Positions 45,621 to 56,177 are shown, counted from the whole stretch's first letter. The stretch is DNA of 63,651 nucleotides, filler included, from Trichomonas gallinae (GCA_008369845.1; 7 parts of 7 records of this genome joined end to end with filler, not necessarily neighbours in it), one strand, 5' to 3'. Numbers and translations are program-made. Notes: generated by a model not told the origin, from the sequence alone.

Positions 45621-45772
45621 ACTGTAATTTGAGGCATTTGTGTAGCTGGTGGAGATTTCAAGCATTCGAAGCAGTCAACTGTGATGCCGAGATCTGTGAC
45701 GTGCTCAGCGAGTGTAACAACGCCAGCGTCCTTGACTTTGAGTGGAGTGAATGTGTATCTTTCACAACTCAT
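45621..45772 (-). CDS. 5' fragment of an unidentified, probably highly expressed gene, truncated by the contig end
   Basis: MSCERYTFTPLKVKDAGVVTLAEHVTDLGITVDCFECLKSPPATQMPQIT. C-ending codon bias, and initiator-like TTCACCTTTTG directly before the ATG. Confidence 0.6.
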
Positions 45773-46466
45773 CAAAAGGTGAAGTGCTTTATTTTTCAGA
45801 AAAAATATTCCTTAATTTTTCATTCTTTAGCTATGTTATATACTACTAATTCAAATTCCGCGGCCAAAAAAGGTTTGGTTCAATGAAACTTTGGAAATTA
45901 TCGTTTGTGTCACGTAAAACGAATATATGACTATTTACATGACATAATATACTTTATTTGTCATATGATTCTAAGTAATCTAGATTCTTTATCGGCAAAT
46001 TTAGACTAGGGAAATAACACACAGAAGAGTAAAAATGCGCAACACTCAAAAATATCAATAAATTTTAAAAATATTAGAATCTAATGAAATTTTTTAATAT
46101 TTCAAGTTTTCTTTAGATTTATATTTTAATTTTATGGCGTTTTCATGTATTGTTTTGTTAAATAATTTTTTATTTAGTCAAAAATATAATTTTTATTTGT
46201 TTTTTAATTCCATTCAAATCGAATAAAAATATTTGATCTATTGATCATTACACATTCTGGAAAAGGGGAATAGGTCTTATGAGTGTGGATTTGCGTTCTC
46301 ATTTAAAAATTTTATTATTTCTTCTTGAAAATGGGATAAAAAACAAATATTAATCTCAAAAACCCCAATACTTAATGCAAAAAGTGAAATATATGATGCA
46401 TATATTTCAACCTTATCATTTTTCGGACTTGATTATTTATAAGGTTAAACATGTCAAATTGTCAAA

Positions 46467-47093
46467 ATGAATAACAGAAATAGAACTCTTTTTCGCGCGA
46501 TTGTTTTTGATGTAATTGCTGGTGCCATGGCGATGTTCGCATTCTTTATCGCTGAAGGAATCATTCACAACGCTAAACTCTCCGGAATTAATACAACACT
46601 CGATGAATATCTTTCTTATGGTATCTTAGCTAATCTCTTAGCACTTGGCATTATAAATCTATGCTTATTCTATAAGAAAATCTTATCTATTGCCATTGCT
46701 GGCGTTTTAACAGTTTGTCTCATCGCTTTCTCTTTGACGACAATTGTTCTCGGTTTCCGTAATAAATCAAGCATGGTTGAAAAGTACCAATACGTATTTG
46801 AAAACCAAGATTACTTACGTCTTGGACTTCAGATCCAAAATCATTATAATTGCTGCGGATGGGAAAATTCAACAGATGTTCCTGAAGAAATCTCATGCAC
46901 TGGATCGGTTACGTGCAAATCATCCATTTCTAGCTCGATTACAAAAATTTTGATTATTGTTGTCATTGGATGTATTATCAGCGTTGCATTATTTGGTGTC
47001 GGACTCTACTTCACATATAAGCAGTTCAACGATGTTTTACACCCTGTTGCTGCATTTGATGAATTAACTCTTGCTCCACTCGATGGAAGGTAA
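46467..47093 (+). CDS. Tetraspanin family protein
   Basis: 208 aa, four hydrophobic segments, YNCCGW...C....C in the large loop. Confidence 0.82.
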   Translation: MNNRNRTLFRAIVFDVIAGAMAMFAFFIAEGIIHNAKLSGINTTLDEYLSYGILANLLALGIINLCLFYKKILSIAIAGVLTVCLIAFSLTTIVLGFRNKSSMVEKYQYVFENQDYLRLGLQIQNHYNCCGWENSTDVPEEISCTGSVTCKSSISSSITKILIIVVIGCIISVALFGVGLYFTYKQFNDVLHPVAAFDELTLAPLDGR

Positions 47094-47380
47094 TTTTATA
47101 TCATTAATATGTTAAATTTTTAAGATTAAACCGATTTTGTATATTTCGAAATTGTTATATTTTTATTCAATTTTATTTTTTTATGATTCAATCATTTCTG
47201 ATATGTATTTATTATATTTTACAAGTAGAAATCAGTTGTATCATCATAAAATTTCTATTTTTTTGATTTTAATATTTGATACAAAAAAAATCTATTTTTA
47301 TTGGCATTCATGAGTTGAATTAAAGAAATTTGGATAAATATTAACTAATTTAAACAAATACAAAACAAAAACTAATAATA

Positions 47381-48610
47381 TTAATTATATGAATAAAATT
47401 TTGGCTTATAATACTTATTTCTTATCGGTTCTCTTCTTTTAGAGGCAGCAATAGTTGCTGCCTTGAAGTATTGTGTCCATTTCCAAGCCCAAATAATATC
47501 TCCATTATGATCTTCAAAAGTCCATGAGAAATTCAAAAGATTTGAGATGTCTGACATTCTCATCCTAATTTGCTTCATCTGTTTGCTGGTCATCATTCCA
47601 ATTGTTGCAGGAAGAGCTCTTGTTTCTCTCATTGGGATCTGTATAACAGCTCCTGAGTAATCAGCGAATAATTCTTCAAAAGGAAGGTGTATATCATCGC
47701 TGAGAAGCACAGGAATGCATCTAAGTTTTAGTGCATCGAAAAATCTTTTTGAATTCGCTGTTTCACCTGAAGGAGATGGACAAAAATCTGAAATTGACAT
47801 AAAATTGTCAACATCAAATGTTGGAATTACTCTGTCTTTGGCTACTTTCTTTGCTATTGCGAGAGAATTTCTCATTTGTGACATTTCTGTAATTAAGTCT
47901 GTTCTTAAGTTCTTTGCTATCTGAGAGGTTGATGCAGCACTTGTGTGACTTTCGAAGAATGCTGCGAATATTCTTCGCATGCTATTATCAAAATCATGAT
48001 AATTTGAAGAATAAGGGACGATAGTATATCTCCACAGCTCTCTAGGCGATACAGAAGCTGAATCAGGCGCAAAATCACCAAGAGTAAGCATAGAAGGCAG
48101 ATCTTTTACGTTTGAATTAATTCCGTATATTTGAGTGAAAATATGATCAACACCTCCATGTTTATCGAACCAATATCGCTTATCTGCGAGATATGGTAAT
48201 ATTACTGATTGAAAACTCGTTTTTTTGCGGAATATACTATAAGCGCTTAAATATATTGGAACAAAGAATAAATCAGCATCTTCTGGATTTTCTACTTTTG
48301 TTTTACTATGAATTAAGTTCTGATGAATTATATATTCGAAAATAAAATGATTTTTTTGATTAAAATCAGCACTTGGATCGCAATAAGCGCCTTTACATAC
48401 ATCTTTTTGGTCAAATATCGTTGTATTATACAAGTATATCTTTAAAGGCGCTTCTGCGTTTCTGAAATATTGATAATGTTTCGTTATTGTAGATTTCGGT
48501 GTAAATTCTGGTGTAGAAAACCGCAACACTAGCAATAAGCACAAAAATATCTCTAGTTGGAAAATTTTCCTGAGGTTTTCCCTAAAATAGATACCTCGGA
48601 AATTCCACAT
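47381..48610 (-). CDS. Exostosin family (GT47) glycosyltransferase
   Basis: N-terminal TM, LKIYLY, NPEDADLFFVP, GGVDHIF, SDFCPSPSG, RFFDALKLRCIPVLLSD, LPFE. ATG at 48610 (track start is TTG). Confidence 0.9.
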   Translation of the reverse strand: MWNFRGIYFRENLRKIFQLEIFLCLLLVLRFSTPEFTPKSTITKHYQYFRNAEAPLKIYLYNTTIFDQKDVCKGAYCDPSADFNQKNHFIFEYIIHQNLIHSKTKVENPEDADLFFVPIYLSAYSIFRKKTSFQSVILPYLADKRYWFDKHGGVDHIFTQIYGINSNVKDLPSMLTLGDFAPDSASVSPRELWRYTIVPYSSNYHDFDNSMRRIFAAFFESHTSAASTSQIAKNLRTDLITEMSQMRNSLAIAKKVAKDRVIPTFDVDNFMSISDFCPSPSGETANSKRFFDALKLRCIPVLLSDDIHLPFEELFADYSGAVIQIPMRETRALPATIGMMTSKQMKQIRMRMSDISNLLNFSWTFEDHNGDIIWAWKWTQYFKAATIAASKRREPIRNKYYKPKFYSYN

Positions 48611-48757
48611 CAAAACAAGAAAAATTTAAGGGTATGACAAAATTAAACAGGTGTTTATTGACAAATAAACTGATGCTTCTGACAAATAAATGAATATTTT
48701 TGACGTATAAATTGTAATGTAAAGAACGAGCAAAAATTTTGAAAAAGTGTCAATAAA

Positions 48758-49009
48758 ATGGTATCAGAAGAAGGAAGGGTTATCATACATAAGCCAACCA
48801 GCAAAATTACTGCGCTTACTCCTTTAATGAAGCAGGTTTTACTTGTTAATGCAATAGCTGTAGTTGTTACTGTTATGTTATTCATTATTCTCTTTACAAG
48901 AGCATGTTTCACACGTTCACCAGGGGAATTACTTGAAGCCGAAAACACAGACGAATCCAACGCTCAAGATGTCGTTCCAAATGATATAGAAGCATTAGAG
49001 GATTTGTAA
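48758..49009 (+). CDS. Small single-pass membrane protein
   Basis: 83 aa with one long hydrophobic helix and an acidic tail. Divergent from the exostosin gene. GTCAATAAAATG start context. Confidence 0.6.
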   Translation: MVSEEGRVIIHKPTSKITALTPLMKQVLLVNAIAVVVTVMLFIILFTRACFTRSPGELLEAENTDESNAQDVVPNDIEALEDL

Positions 49010-49576
49010 TTCTAAAAAACATATTATTTATAGTTCGTTATAATTACATTGTTCAAGGAAATTCATACCACGATGAAATAACAAAACCAATTCCGAGATG
49101 AAAATCAAGATATACATTTTTCAATCATTTTCCAACCGCTTTTAAATTATTCAAGAACTATTGAACACATTATTAAATTACTGTTCCGATTCTTTATCAT
49201 TTTATATTAATTGTTTTATTTTTGTTTTTAAACCCTTACAACTACTGTTGTTGTTTTAAATTATCATCAGCAAACTATAGATATTCGTTCTTCGATTATT
49301 TCACACGAGAAACAACTTTTCAATTGAAAATGTTTTTATATTTGGTTTTGAATCGGATTCCGAAGAATATGTTGCTTTATAGGTCTTTCTTATTGATATA
49401 GTTATGCTGTTTTACTTAGATATCATTTGAATTAGTCGATTTCATTTTGCTTATTTGAAATTAAAAAAGTTATAGGCACTATATAAATAAAATCTTCGTT
49501 TTATTTGCAATAAATTCATTTTCATAATGTTTGATGATTTAAGGTTAATTCTATAATTTGTCATTTTGCCAATAAA

Positions 49577-50170
49577 ATGGGAATAGAGAAGAGGAAGATA
49601 TTAAAATACGTTTCTATTGCAGTGGCATCAGCTATTGTATGCGTATATTTGATCTCTACGTTCACGTTGATTTGCGGGCTTTCTTACGATATAACATTGT
49701 TTGATATTGAGCCTTATAATGATCTTTGCGAAAAGAAATTCACTGTCATACCAAAAGTCATAAGTTTAATCATTATTATTTCAATAATCGTCATCCTTGT
49801 ATTTTATATTTTGAATATTCCGAAATGGGCATTGATTTTGGTTCCAATTATGCAAACACTTGCTTGCGCCTTAATATACTACTACCTCACATTGGTTTCT
49901 CCTAAATCTGGAGAAAAATATCGAGCAGAATTTATTTCTAGGTTTTACAACCTTTCTGGTATTGATGATTGGATGGTGAGAGCAGAATGCACTGATGTTG
50001 AAAGCTGTATTTATAGGATTGATGATGGAATTCAGAAAAGATTTGTCGATTGGAGTAGTTGGTTGAGAAAATGGACCATTATATTCTCAACTTTCTTCCT
50101 TGCTTTATCCGGAACAATTCCATATTTGTATTTTGTTTTTTACAAACATAAGGATACAGAAGAAAATTAA
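49577..50170 (+). CDS. Four-TM membrane protein with tetraspanin-like topology but no CCG
   Basis: 197 aa with 3+1 hydrophobic segments and ECTDVESC in the large loop. TTGTCATTTT initiator. Confidence 0.7.
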   Translation: MGIEKRKILKYVSIAVASAIVCVYLISTFTLICGLSYDITLFDIEPYNDLCEKKFTVIPKVISLIIIISIIVILVFYILNIPKWALILVPIMQTLACALIYYYLTLVSPKSGEKYRAEFISRFYNLSGIDDWMVRAECTDVESCIYRIDDGIQKRFVDWSSWLRKWTIIFSTFFLALSGTIPYLYFVFYKHKDTEEN

Positions 50171-50239
50171 TTCTAGTTTTATTTGCCTTAAACACATTGT
50201 TTGTTTATTAAATTACAGAAAAAATTAATAATATAAAAA

Positions 50240-50707
50240 TTATTGCGTATTAGGAGTAACTGTTGCGAGTATTTCTTGTTGCTTCTTTGGATCTATATCG
50301 TGCGGTGGATGTGTTATTGCTTCATGGAATTGGTTAGCAATTTTTCTAACTTTCATCAACCAATCTTCTTCAACGCTGCTTGGGAAATTATTCATTTTCT
50401 TATTGAAATATGTTTGGGCTTCTTTAGCCATCATTGCAAAGATCGTATCATCACCGTTATATTTGCGCGCATTATCCCAGATAAGATTTACATCCCTAGT
50501 AAACTGTTTTAAGTCTGAATATTGGTTGTTAATCAAATTTTTCTTGACTTCGTTCAGCGACATTGGCTCTTTAATAACTTCAAAATAATTTGGCGCGCCA
50601 TCTCTGACTGGATCAATTAATTCGCGGAATGGCTGACATATCTCCCAGGATATCAATTTATCAATCAGCTGAAGGCATTTTTCTCGTTGGAATTTAGATA
50701 AGTTCAT
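50240..50707 (-). CDS. Single-bromodomain protein
   Basis: PFRELIDP...APNYFEVIKEPMSL..VKKNL...Y......DVNLIWDNARKYN. Start placed at ATG 50707 because the upstream extension runs through promoter-like repeats. Confidence 0.9.
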   Translation of the reverse strand: MNLSKFQREKCLQLIDKLISWEICQPFRELIDPVRDGAPNYFEVIKEPMSLNEVKKNLINNQYSDLKQFTRDVNLIWDNARKYNGDDTIFAMMAKEAQTYFNKKMNNFPSSVEEDWLMKVRKIANQFHEAITHPPHDIDPKKQQEILATVTPNTQ

Positions 50708-50746
50708 TTGTAGTTCACTGTCACGTTTTAAAAATGTGATACTCAA

Positions 50747-50843
50747 AAGGTGACAAATATCAAAAGTGACAATAAAATATGACATAATTAAAAAGTGACC
50801 AAATTAAAATTTGACATTTTAAAATGTGACAACTAAAAGTGAC
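50747..50843 (+). promoter_or_regulatory. Bidirectional promoter with an array of AAAGTGAC (M2-like) and TGAC motifs
   Basis: AAAGTGAC at 50763, 50792 and 50836, plus four more TGAC cores, in the 158-bp gap between divergent ATGs. Confidence 0.6.
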
Positions 50844-50865
50844 AAAATCTTCTAAAATTCACAAA

Positions 50866-51888
50866 ATGTGGACAAAAGAAGAAAAAATGGATTTTTCAGC
50901 TTGTCTTTCGGCTATGACTTCGTATAGGAAGGAGTGTCAGAAAGCTATTCTCAAACTTCACAAACAAGGAGTTCGAAATGATGAACAACTTGCAAAACTC
51001 AACGAAGCGATTGATTATAATGCAGATCTTTTCGAATACATGGCACAAAGAGGTCCTGAATCATTTGGACCAGAGAATGCAAACATGTTCGCAAAAATTT
51101 CAGTAAAATTCGATGAAAGAGATATAGCCCAATTAGACGCATGCCTACACTCAGCTGCACGTGATTGGACATCTATTGGCAACGAAGAGCGCGCTCAAGT
51201 CTACATTCCAGCAATCGAAGCTCTAAGGAGGTACGTGAATGCAGGAGAGCGTGTTCTCGTACCAGGATCTGGTCTATGTCGCTTAGCAGTTGAAATAGCG
51301 CAAGCTGGTTACATATCAGAAGCAAATGAAAGCTCATTTGTTATGTTAGTCATGGCTTTCATTTCTATGTTCTCAGAAGGTCTTCAATTCCAAATATATC
51401 CATTCGTACACCAAATATCTGGTCTTGATAAGTTCGAAGATTCACTAGTTTCAGCTGTTTTCCCAGATTTATCAACTTCACTTGTTGACTCACAGCTTGC
51501 ACTTGATCCACCAACATTAATACAACAGGGAAAACTCGTCCTTAAAGCAGGAAAGTTTGAAGGTGTTTATGCAAATAATCAATTCGAATTTAGTGCAATA
51601 GTCACATCTTTCTTTGTAGATGTTATCAAAGACGTTAAGAATATGATAATAGCATTATATAGATTACTTAAAAATGGTGGTGTTTGGATAAATGTTGGAC
51701 CAATTGTAAATCATAATCCAGAAGTTGGATTCTTCGCCCCTTTAACTCTTGAAGATATAGATATGATGGCCAAGGATGCAGGATTTGAAATTGTAGAACA
51801 AAATCGTATTGAAACATCTTATAGCCAAAATCCTAGGACTCATGCAAGGACAAGATATAATGTTCAGTTCTCTGTCTATAGGAAATAA
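50866..51888 (+). CDS. N2227-like / carnosine N-methyltransferase family SAM-dependent methyltransferase
   Basis: ARDWT..G..ER...Y, VLVPGSGLCRLA, NESSFVML, IVTSFFVD, LLKNGGVWINVGP. First ATG is 50866, after TTCACAAA (track start is GTG). Confidence 0.88.
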   Translation: MWTKEEKMDFSACLSAMTSYRKECQKAILKLHKQGVRNDEQLAKLNEAIDYNADLFEYMAQRGPESFGPENANMFAKISVKFDERDIAQLDACLHSAARDWTSIGNEERAQVYIPAIEALRRYVNAGERVLVPGSGLCRLAVEIAQAGYISEANESSFVMLVMAFISMFSEGLQFQIYPFVHQISGLDKFEDSLVSAVFPDLSTSLVDSQLALDPPTLIQQGKLVLKAGKFEGVYANNQFEFSAIVTSFFVDVIKDVKNMIIALYRLLKNGGVWINVGPIVNHNPEVGFFAPLTLEDIDMMAKDAGFEIVEQNRIETSYSQNPRTHARTRYNVQFSVYRK

Positions 51889-52436
51889 ATTCACAAATCA
51901 AAAATTAGCATCATCAGCTAAATTATATTAGATTATTATATTATTCATCTGCTTATATAATTAACCATTTGTACTGTCAGTAAATTTTATATATTTCGAA
52001 TATTATAATTTGAAAAATTATTAATAACACAAATTGAACAGATCTATATATTCTCATTGTCATAATTATATCCAAATATTTACTAAAAAGTTCTTCAAAA
52101 GCTAATATTTTAATAAAAATCAATATTTATTTTGTTATTTTAGTGAGATAAATGATTTTATCTACAAAATCAAGAATGCTCTAACATATTACAAGATTAG
52201 CTATGAATGATTAAATAATCGTATTATTGAAATTATATCGAAATTATTGCAGTAATAATTTCTATAAAATAGAATGTTTCAGTGAGATAAATTGTAGACA
52301 TTCTTGTGGTTAATGTAATGGAAATAATAAAGATAAACTATTTTCTTCATGAAAAAAGTTTTCCGTAGAGATAAATCATCGAGGAAAAAAATCAAAAAGA
52401 AGTCGTATTGATCAAGATAAAAAACATAATATTTAT

Positions 52437-53837
52437 TTACCATAACAATAAAACTATCATCAGAGCACTAAGAGCAAGAGCTAAAGCTGTTGGCGTAACA
52501 ATGAATCCAATTTTCATAAAATCAGCGAATCCAATTTTGACGTGGTTACCTCTCAATAAGGCAATCCACATAATTCCTGCTAAAGATCCTAGTGGAGTTA
52601 GAAGAGCAGTGAGGTTTGCGCCAATAATTGCTGCATAAATCGAACCTAGTGGATGTGGATTGTCTGTAGCTTGAATAATTGGCACCATTGATACAGACAT
52701 CGGAATATTGTTCAGTGCATTGCCGAATATTGTTGCAATTATACCAAATATTGTAATTGAGATTGGAACAGAAACATTTGTAAGGCGAGCTATATTATTG
52801 CCTATGATATCAAAGAGTCCTGTTCCTGTGAGATTGCTTACAAGAATGAAAAGAGATAAAAGGAAGGGAATAATCGAATATGGAAGTGTTGCAAAGATTT
52901 CTTTGAGTTTTGGTGTCTGCTTGTTCTTAATATACCTAAATATGTCAATGAATATATTATATACGAGCAATACCAAAGCCATTATTCCAGCGATTTGCCA
53001 CAAATCGATTGAGAAGCCAGGAATTGAGCTACAGGCCATAAAAACAACTGTTGCAGCAAGAAAGAAGACTCCAACCCACATATCGAACTTATTATTTATT
53101 AAAGTTTTCGGATCTGGGAGTTTTTCTTTCATCGTGAATTCCTTAGTTATCTGTTTCTTGAACATGAAGTATAGCATAATACAAGGCGTCATCCCACCGA
53201 AAATGCAAGGAATTGCAGCATATTTCACATAAACGCTGAAAGATTGTCCAAAGCCAGTGCCAATGACAATATTAGTTGGATTAGAGATGATCAGCATGAT
53301 TCCCCAGCTGTTCGCTGACATGAACTGTCCGAAAAGATATGGAATTGGATTTATTCCTGCTGCACGTGCGAAATACGTAACAAACGGCGTGAAAGTTAGA
53401 ATAGCGACATCATTTGAAGAGACAATGGTTATTATCGCGACAGTGAAATAAATAATGAAAAATAATTTTGTACCGCTTTTTCCGGATTTCATGATAGCCC
53501 ATGTAGCTGCCATCTTGAAAAATCCTGTTGTGTCTAAGAATTTGCTAATATACACGTTTGAAAAAACGAGAATAATGATTCCGATCGGGTTCAAAGTTGA
53601 GAATTTCCAGAGAGAACGTATAGCAGTAATAGCAGGTATAAACTGGCATGCGAGGCAGATAATTGCCGCAATAAAAGGAGGAATCCAAAATGTATCGAGT
53701 GTGAAATCAACCTTCTTTATTTTAATGACAACGGCAGGCTTCAGCACGGCACAGCCAAGCATCAGCACCATGCTCACTAAAAATATAATCAAAGGAGCCA
53801 GATACGAAGTCATTGTATGAAAATTTTTGTAAACCAT
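52437..53837 (-). CDS. ArsB/NhaD (ion transporter superfamily) membrane transporter, arsenical pump-like
   Basis: About 11-12 hydrophobic segments. SNDVAILTFTP, ISNPTNIVI, NNIPMSV, IGANL..LLTPLGSLAGIMW. Alternative start at Met9. Confidence 0.85.
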   Translation of the reverse strand: MVYKNFHTMTSYLAPLIIFLVSMVLMLGCAVLKPAVVIKIKKVDFTLDTFWIPPFIAAIICLACQFIPAITAIRSLWKFSTLNPIGIIILVFSNVYISKFLDTTGFFKMAATWAIMKSGKSGTKLFFIIYFTVAIITIVSSNDVAILTFTPFVTYFARAAGINPIPYLFGQFMSANSWGIMLIISNPTNIVIGTGFGQSFSVYVKYAAIPCIFGGMTPCIMLYFMFKKQITKEFTMKEKLPDPKTLINNKFDMWVGVFFLAATVVFMACSSIPGFSIDLWQIAGIMALVLLVYNIFIDIFRYIKNKQTPKLKEIFATLPYSIIPFLLSLFILVSNLTGTGLFDIIGNNIARLTNVSVPISITIFGIIATIFGNALNNIPMSVSMVPIIQATDNPHPLGSIYAAIIGANLTALLTPLGSLAGIMWIALLRGNHVKIGFADFMKIGFIVTPTALALALSALMIVLLLW

Positions 53838-53900
53838 TCAAATTACATCGTGAAAATTTCAATTGAAATGGTTCTGCATTAAATTTCTTTACAATAACCG

Positions 53901-53962
53901 TATCTTCCAGACTATCTTCCAGAAACTAATTTTCGATCTTCCAGAGTCCAAATTATCTTCCA
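53901..53962. repeat. Four copies of (T)ATCTTCCA(GA) at the contig end
   Basis: Copies at 53901, 53913, 53936 and 53954 (the last one cut by the linker). Confidence 0.7.
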
Positions 53963-54062
53963 NNNNNNNNNNNNNNNNNNNNNNNNNNNNNNNNNNNNNN
54001 NNNNNNTTAATTAATTAANNNNNNNNNNNNNNNNNNNNNNNNNNNNNNNNNNNNNNNNNNNN
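53963..54062. other. Artificial contig linker
   Basis: N44-TTAATTAATTAA-N44. Confidence 0.97.
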
Positions 54063-54254
54063 AACGCTGCCCGTGATAACAAGAAGACACGTATCTCCCC
54101 ACGCCACATCATGCTCGCCGTTCGTAACGATGAAGAATTGAACCAGCTCCTCTCCAACATCACAATCGCCTCCGCTGGTGTCGTCCCACACATCCACAAG
54201 GTCCTCCTCGGCAACCCGAAGAAGGGCAAAGATGCCTCCCAGACACAGGAGTAA
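54063..54254 (+). CDS. H2A: Histone H2A, C-terminal half (5' part lost at the contig end; missing from the ORF track)
   Basis: [63 protein letters not shown], an unmistakable H2A sequence. Confidence 0.96.
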   Translation, partial: NAARDNKKTRISPRHIMLAVRNDEELNQLLSNITIASAGVVPHIHKVLLGNPKKGKDASQTQE

Positions 54255-55703
54255 ATTACTTTCTATTGTCCTTAAAGATTTTCATCATTTTAATTTCATT
54301 ATTTTTATTTCATTTCTAATTATCACAAATCTTATATAGCATCGTCATGCCTTGACATAATATTTATAAATATTATCATCTGAATGTATAATAATCAAAA
54401 TATATAATATAAAAAATTTCAAATCAAGTTAAATTTGCGTAATTATCCAATATTTCATATATTATTTCCATGCAAATTACATATCAATAAGAAATAATAG
54501 GTAAACTAGTGATTGAATTTTGTTCACTGTAAAAACAAAGAGTATTTGAAAGAACTAAATCACCGTCATTTTAAGAATGTTGTAGAAAGGTTATATAATA
54601 AATATCACAACTTATTAGGTTATTTTTGAAAAAAATTGACAGACAATTATCAATTATTGTTGGTTTAATCGCTATTTCTGGTTGCAATACCTAAATCGCA
54701 TGGCAGCAGCTGTATCAAAAACACATATTCATTTTTATAACACAATTATTTTTTGAGGCGGATTTGTGAATACCACTTTTGAATGTGTATATTTTTTATT
54801 GAATCCGATTATATGCATCCCATCACAGTGCTTGTCCTTTTACTTCGCGAAAATAATGTATTTAAATTTTTCTTATTCAATTTTTCGCATCATTCAATGT
54901 TAATATTTGATTCTGATCATCATCTCCATATTAGAAATAAAGGGAACAGCCAATAGGATGTATGTGCATTGAAAAATCAACAAAGCACGTTCGAAAAAAT
55001 TTATTATTATTCAATTACAATTAATTTGCTATTTTGCTATCGATGTATTCCTAATCACTATAAACAGCCAAATCGAAATATCATATTAATGCTAAATTTC
55101 AAATGAATGTTATTTCGTAGTATAATGAAATTTCGTAGAAGTGCTATAAGGAACATAAAAAGTGTTCATATGATGCCGGATGATCACATTCTCAATTGTT
55201 CGAACATTGATTACATCATAGGTTATAACCCAAAACAATCATCTATTGTTTTTGGGAATTTTTGACCATGTATTTATATTCATATGATATTGTGTATTAA
55301 AATTACAAATACCAAAATCAATGAAAATATTATTCAAATTTTGGCCAATGAACTGAAATGACAATAATTAAAATTTTTAGTGATTTTGCACTCTACTATA
55401 CATGGGAATGGCATTTTTAATATTATTTTGTGAACCATATATATTAAAATCTATCAGCGAAAAAATCATTCCATTTAAAGAGGTGGGTATTAAAAAATCG
55501 GACTTAAAATACTGCCAAAAAGTCAATTTCAATCGCATTCAAAATTTAATAGACATCACTCAATTTTCTCGTACTTTTTGCTATTTATCAAATTCTTACC
55601 TCAGGAGAAATTTTTGCTCTCAAATTGATTCAGCTCTTTTTAAAGGTGTTTTCTCACACTTAACGAATTTTTTTTTCCTTTCATTTTTGATATATTTATT
55701 TGC

Positions 55704-56177
55704 ATGAATATTTACGTGCATTGCCCTTCAAGAAAAGTTTTTCAGTTCCGTGTTGAACCCTCTGAGACTGTAGCCAGCATCGACTGCAAGCTCCACTATG
55801 CAAATCCATTAATGTTTGTCCATAATCAAATCATTCTCGAGAGAAGTGTTCCGTTGATTTATTATGCCATTAAGGATGGTGATCACATATATGGAACAAT
55901 TGCTCATTGCACAACAAATCTCGAGCTAGCCTGCTCGTTAAAGCAGTCAATGAAAAATTGTGCGCCATATAGAGCTGTCGAGCTGAAAAGAACAATATTG
56001 AGGATGTTGGACATATCGATGGACAAAGCACTTAGTAATCCAACTCCAGGACGAAAGCTGACCTTTATATTTAATTATTTAGAAAACCAGGATCCAGTCT
56101 TGAAATCAAACGCAGTTACAAACATACCTCCAAAGAATGAGTCACCCAATGATACGCCACTACCACATTTCTGGTAA
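55704..56177 (+). CDS. Ubiquitin-like domain protein with a C-terminal PLPxFW motif
   Basis: MNIYV....KVFQFRVEPSETVASI...LIYYAIKDGDHIY resembles the ubiquitin fold. No di-Gly. Ends TPLPHFW. Confidence 0.7.
   Translation: MNIYVHCPSRKVFQFRVEPSETVASIDCKLHYANPLMFVHNQIILERSVPLIYYAIKDGDHIYGTIAHCTTNLELACSLKQSMKNCAPYRAVELKRTILRMLDISMDKALSNPTPGRKLTFIFNYLENQDPVLKSNAVTNIPPKNESPNDTPLPHFW

Noticed and set aside
46013..46024. AATAACACACAG, an 11/12 match to the trichomonad intron 3' motif ACTAACACACAG
   Set aside because: The mismatch is in the branch-site part, and there is no good 5' splice site or flanking exon frame.
54011..54229. Minus-strand ORFs in the track
   Set aside because: They are the antisense of the clear plus-strand histone H2A fragment.
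55402..55707. 101-aa ORF abutting the ubiquitin-like gene
   Set aside because: It runs through T-rich promoter and initiator sequence, has non-coding-like composition and shows no domain.
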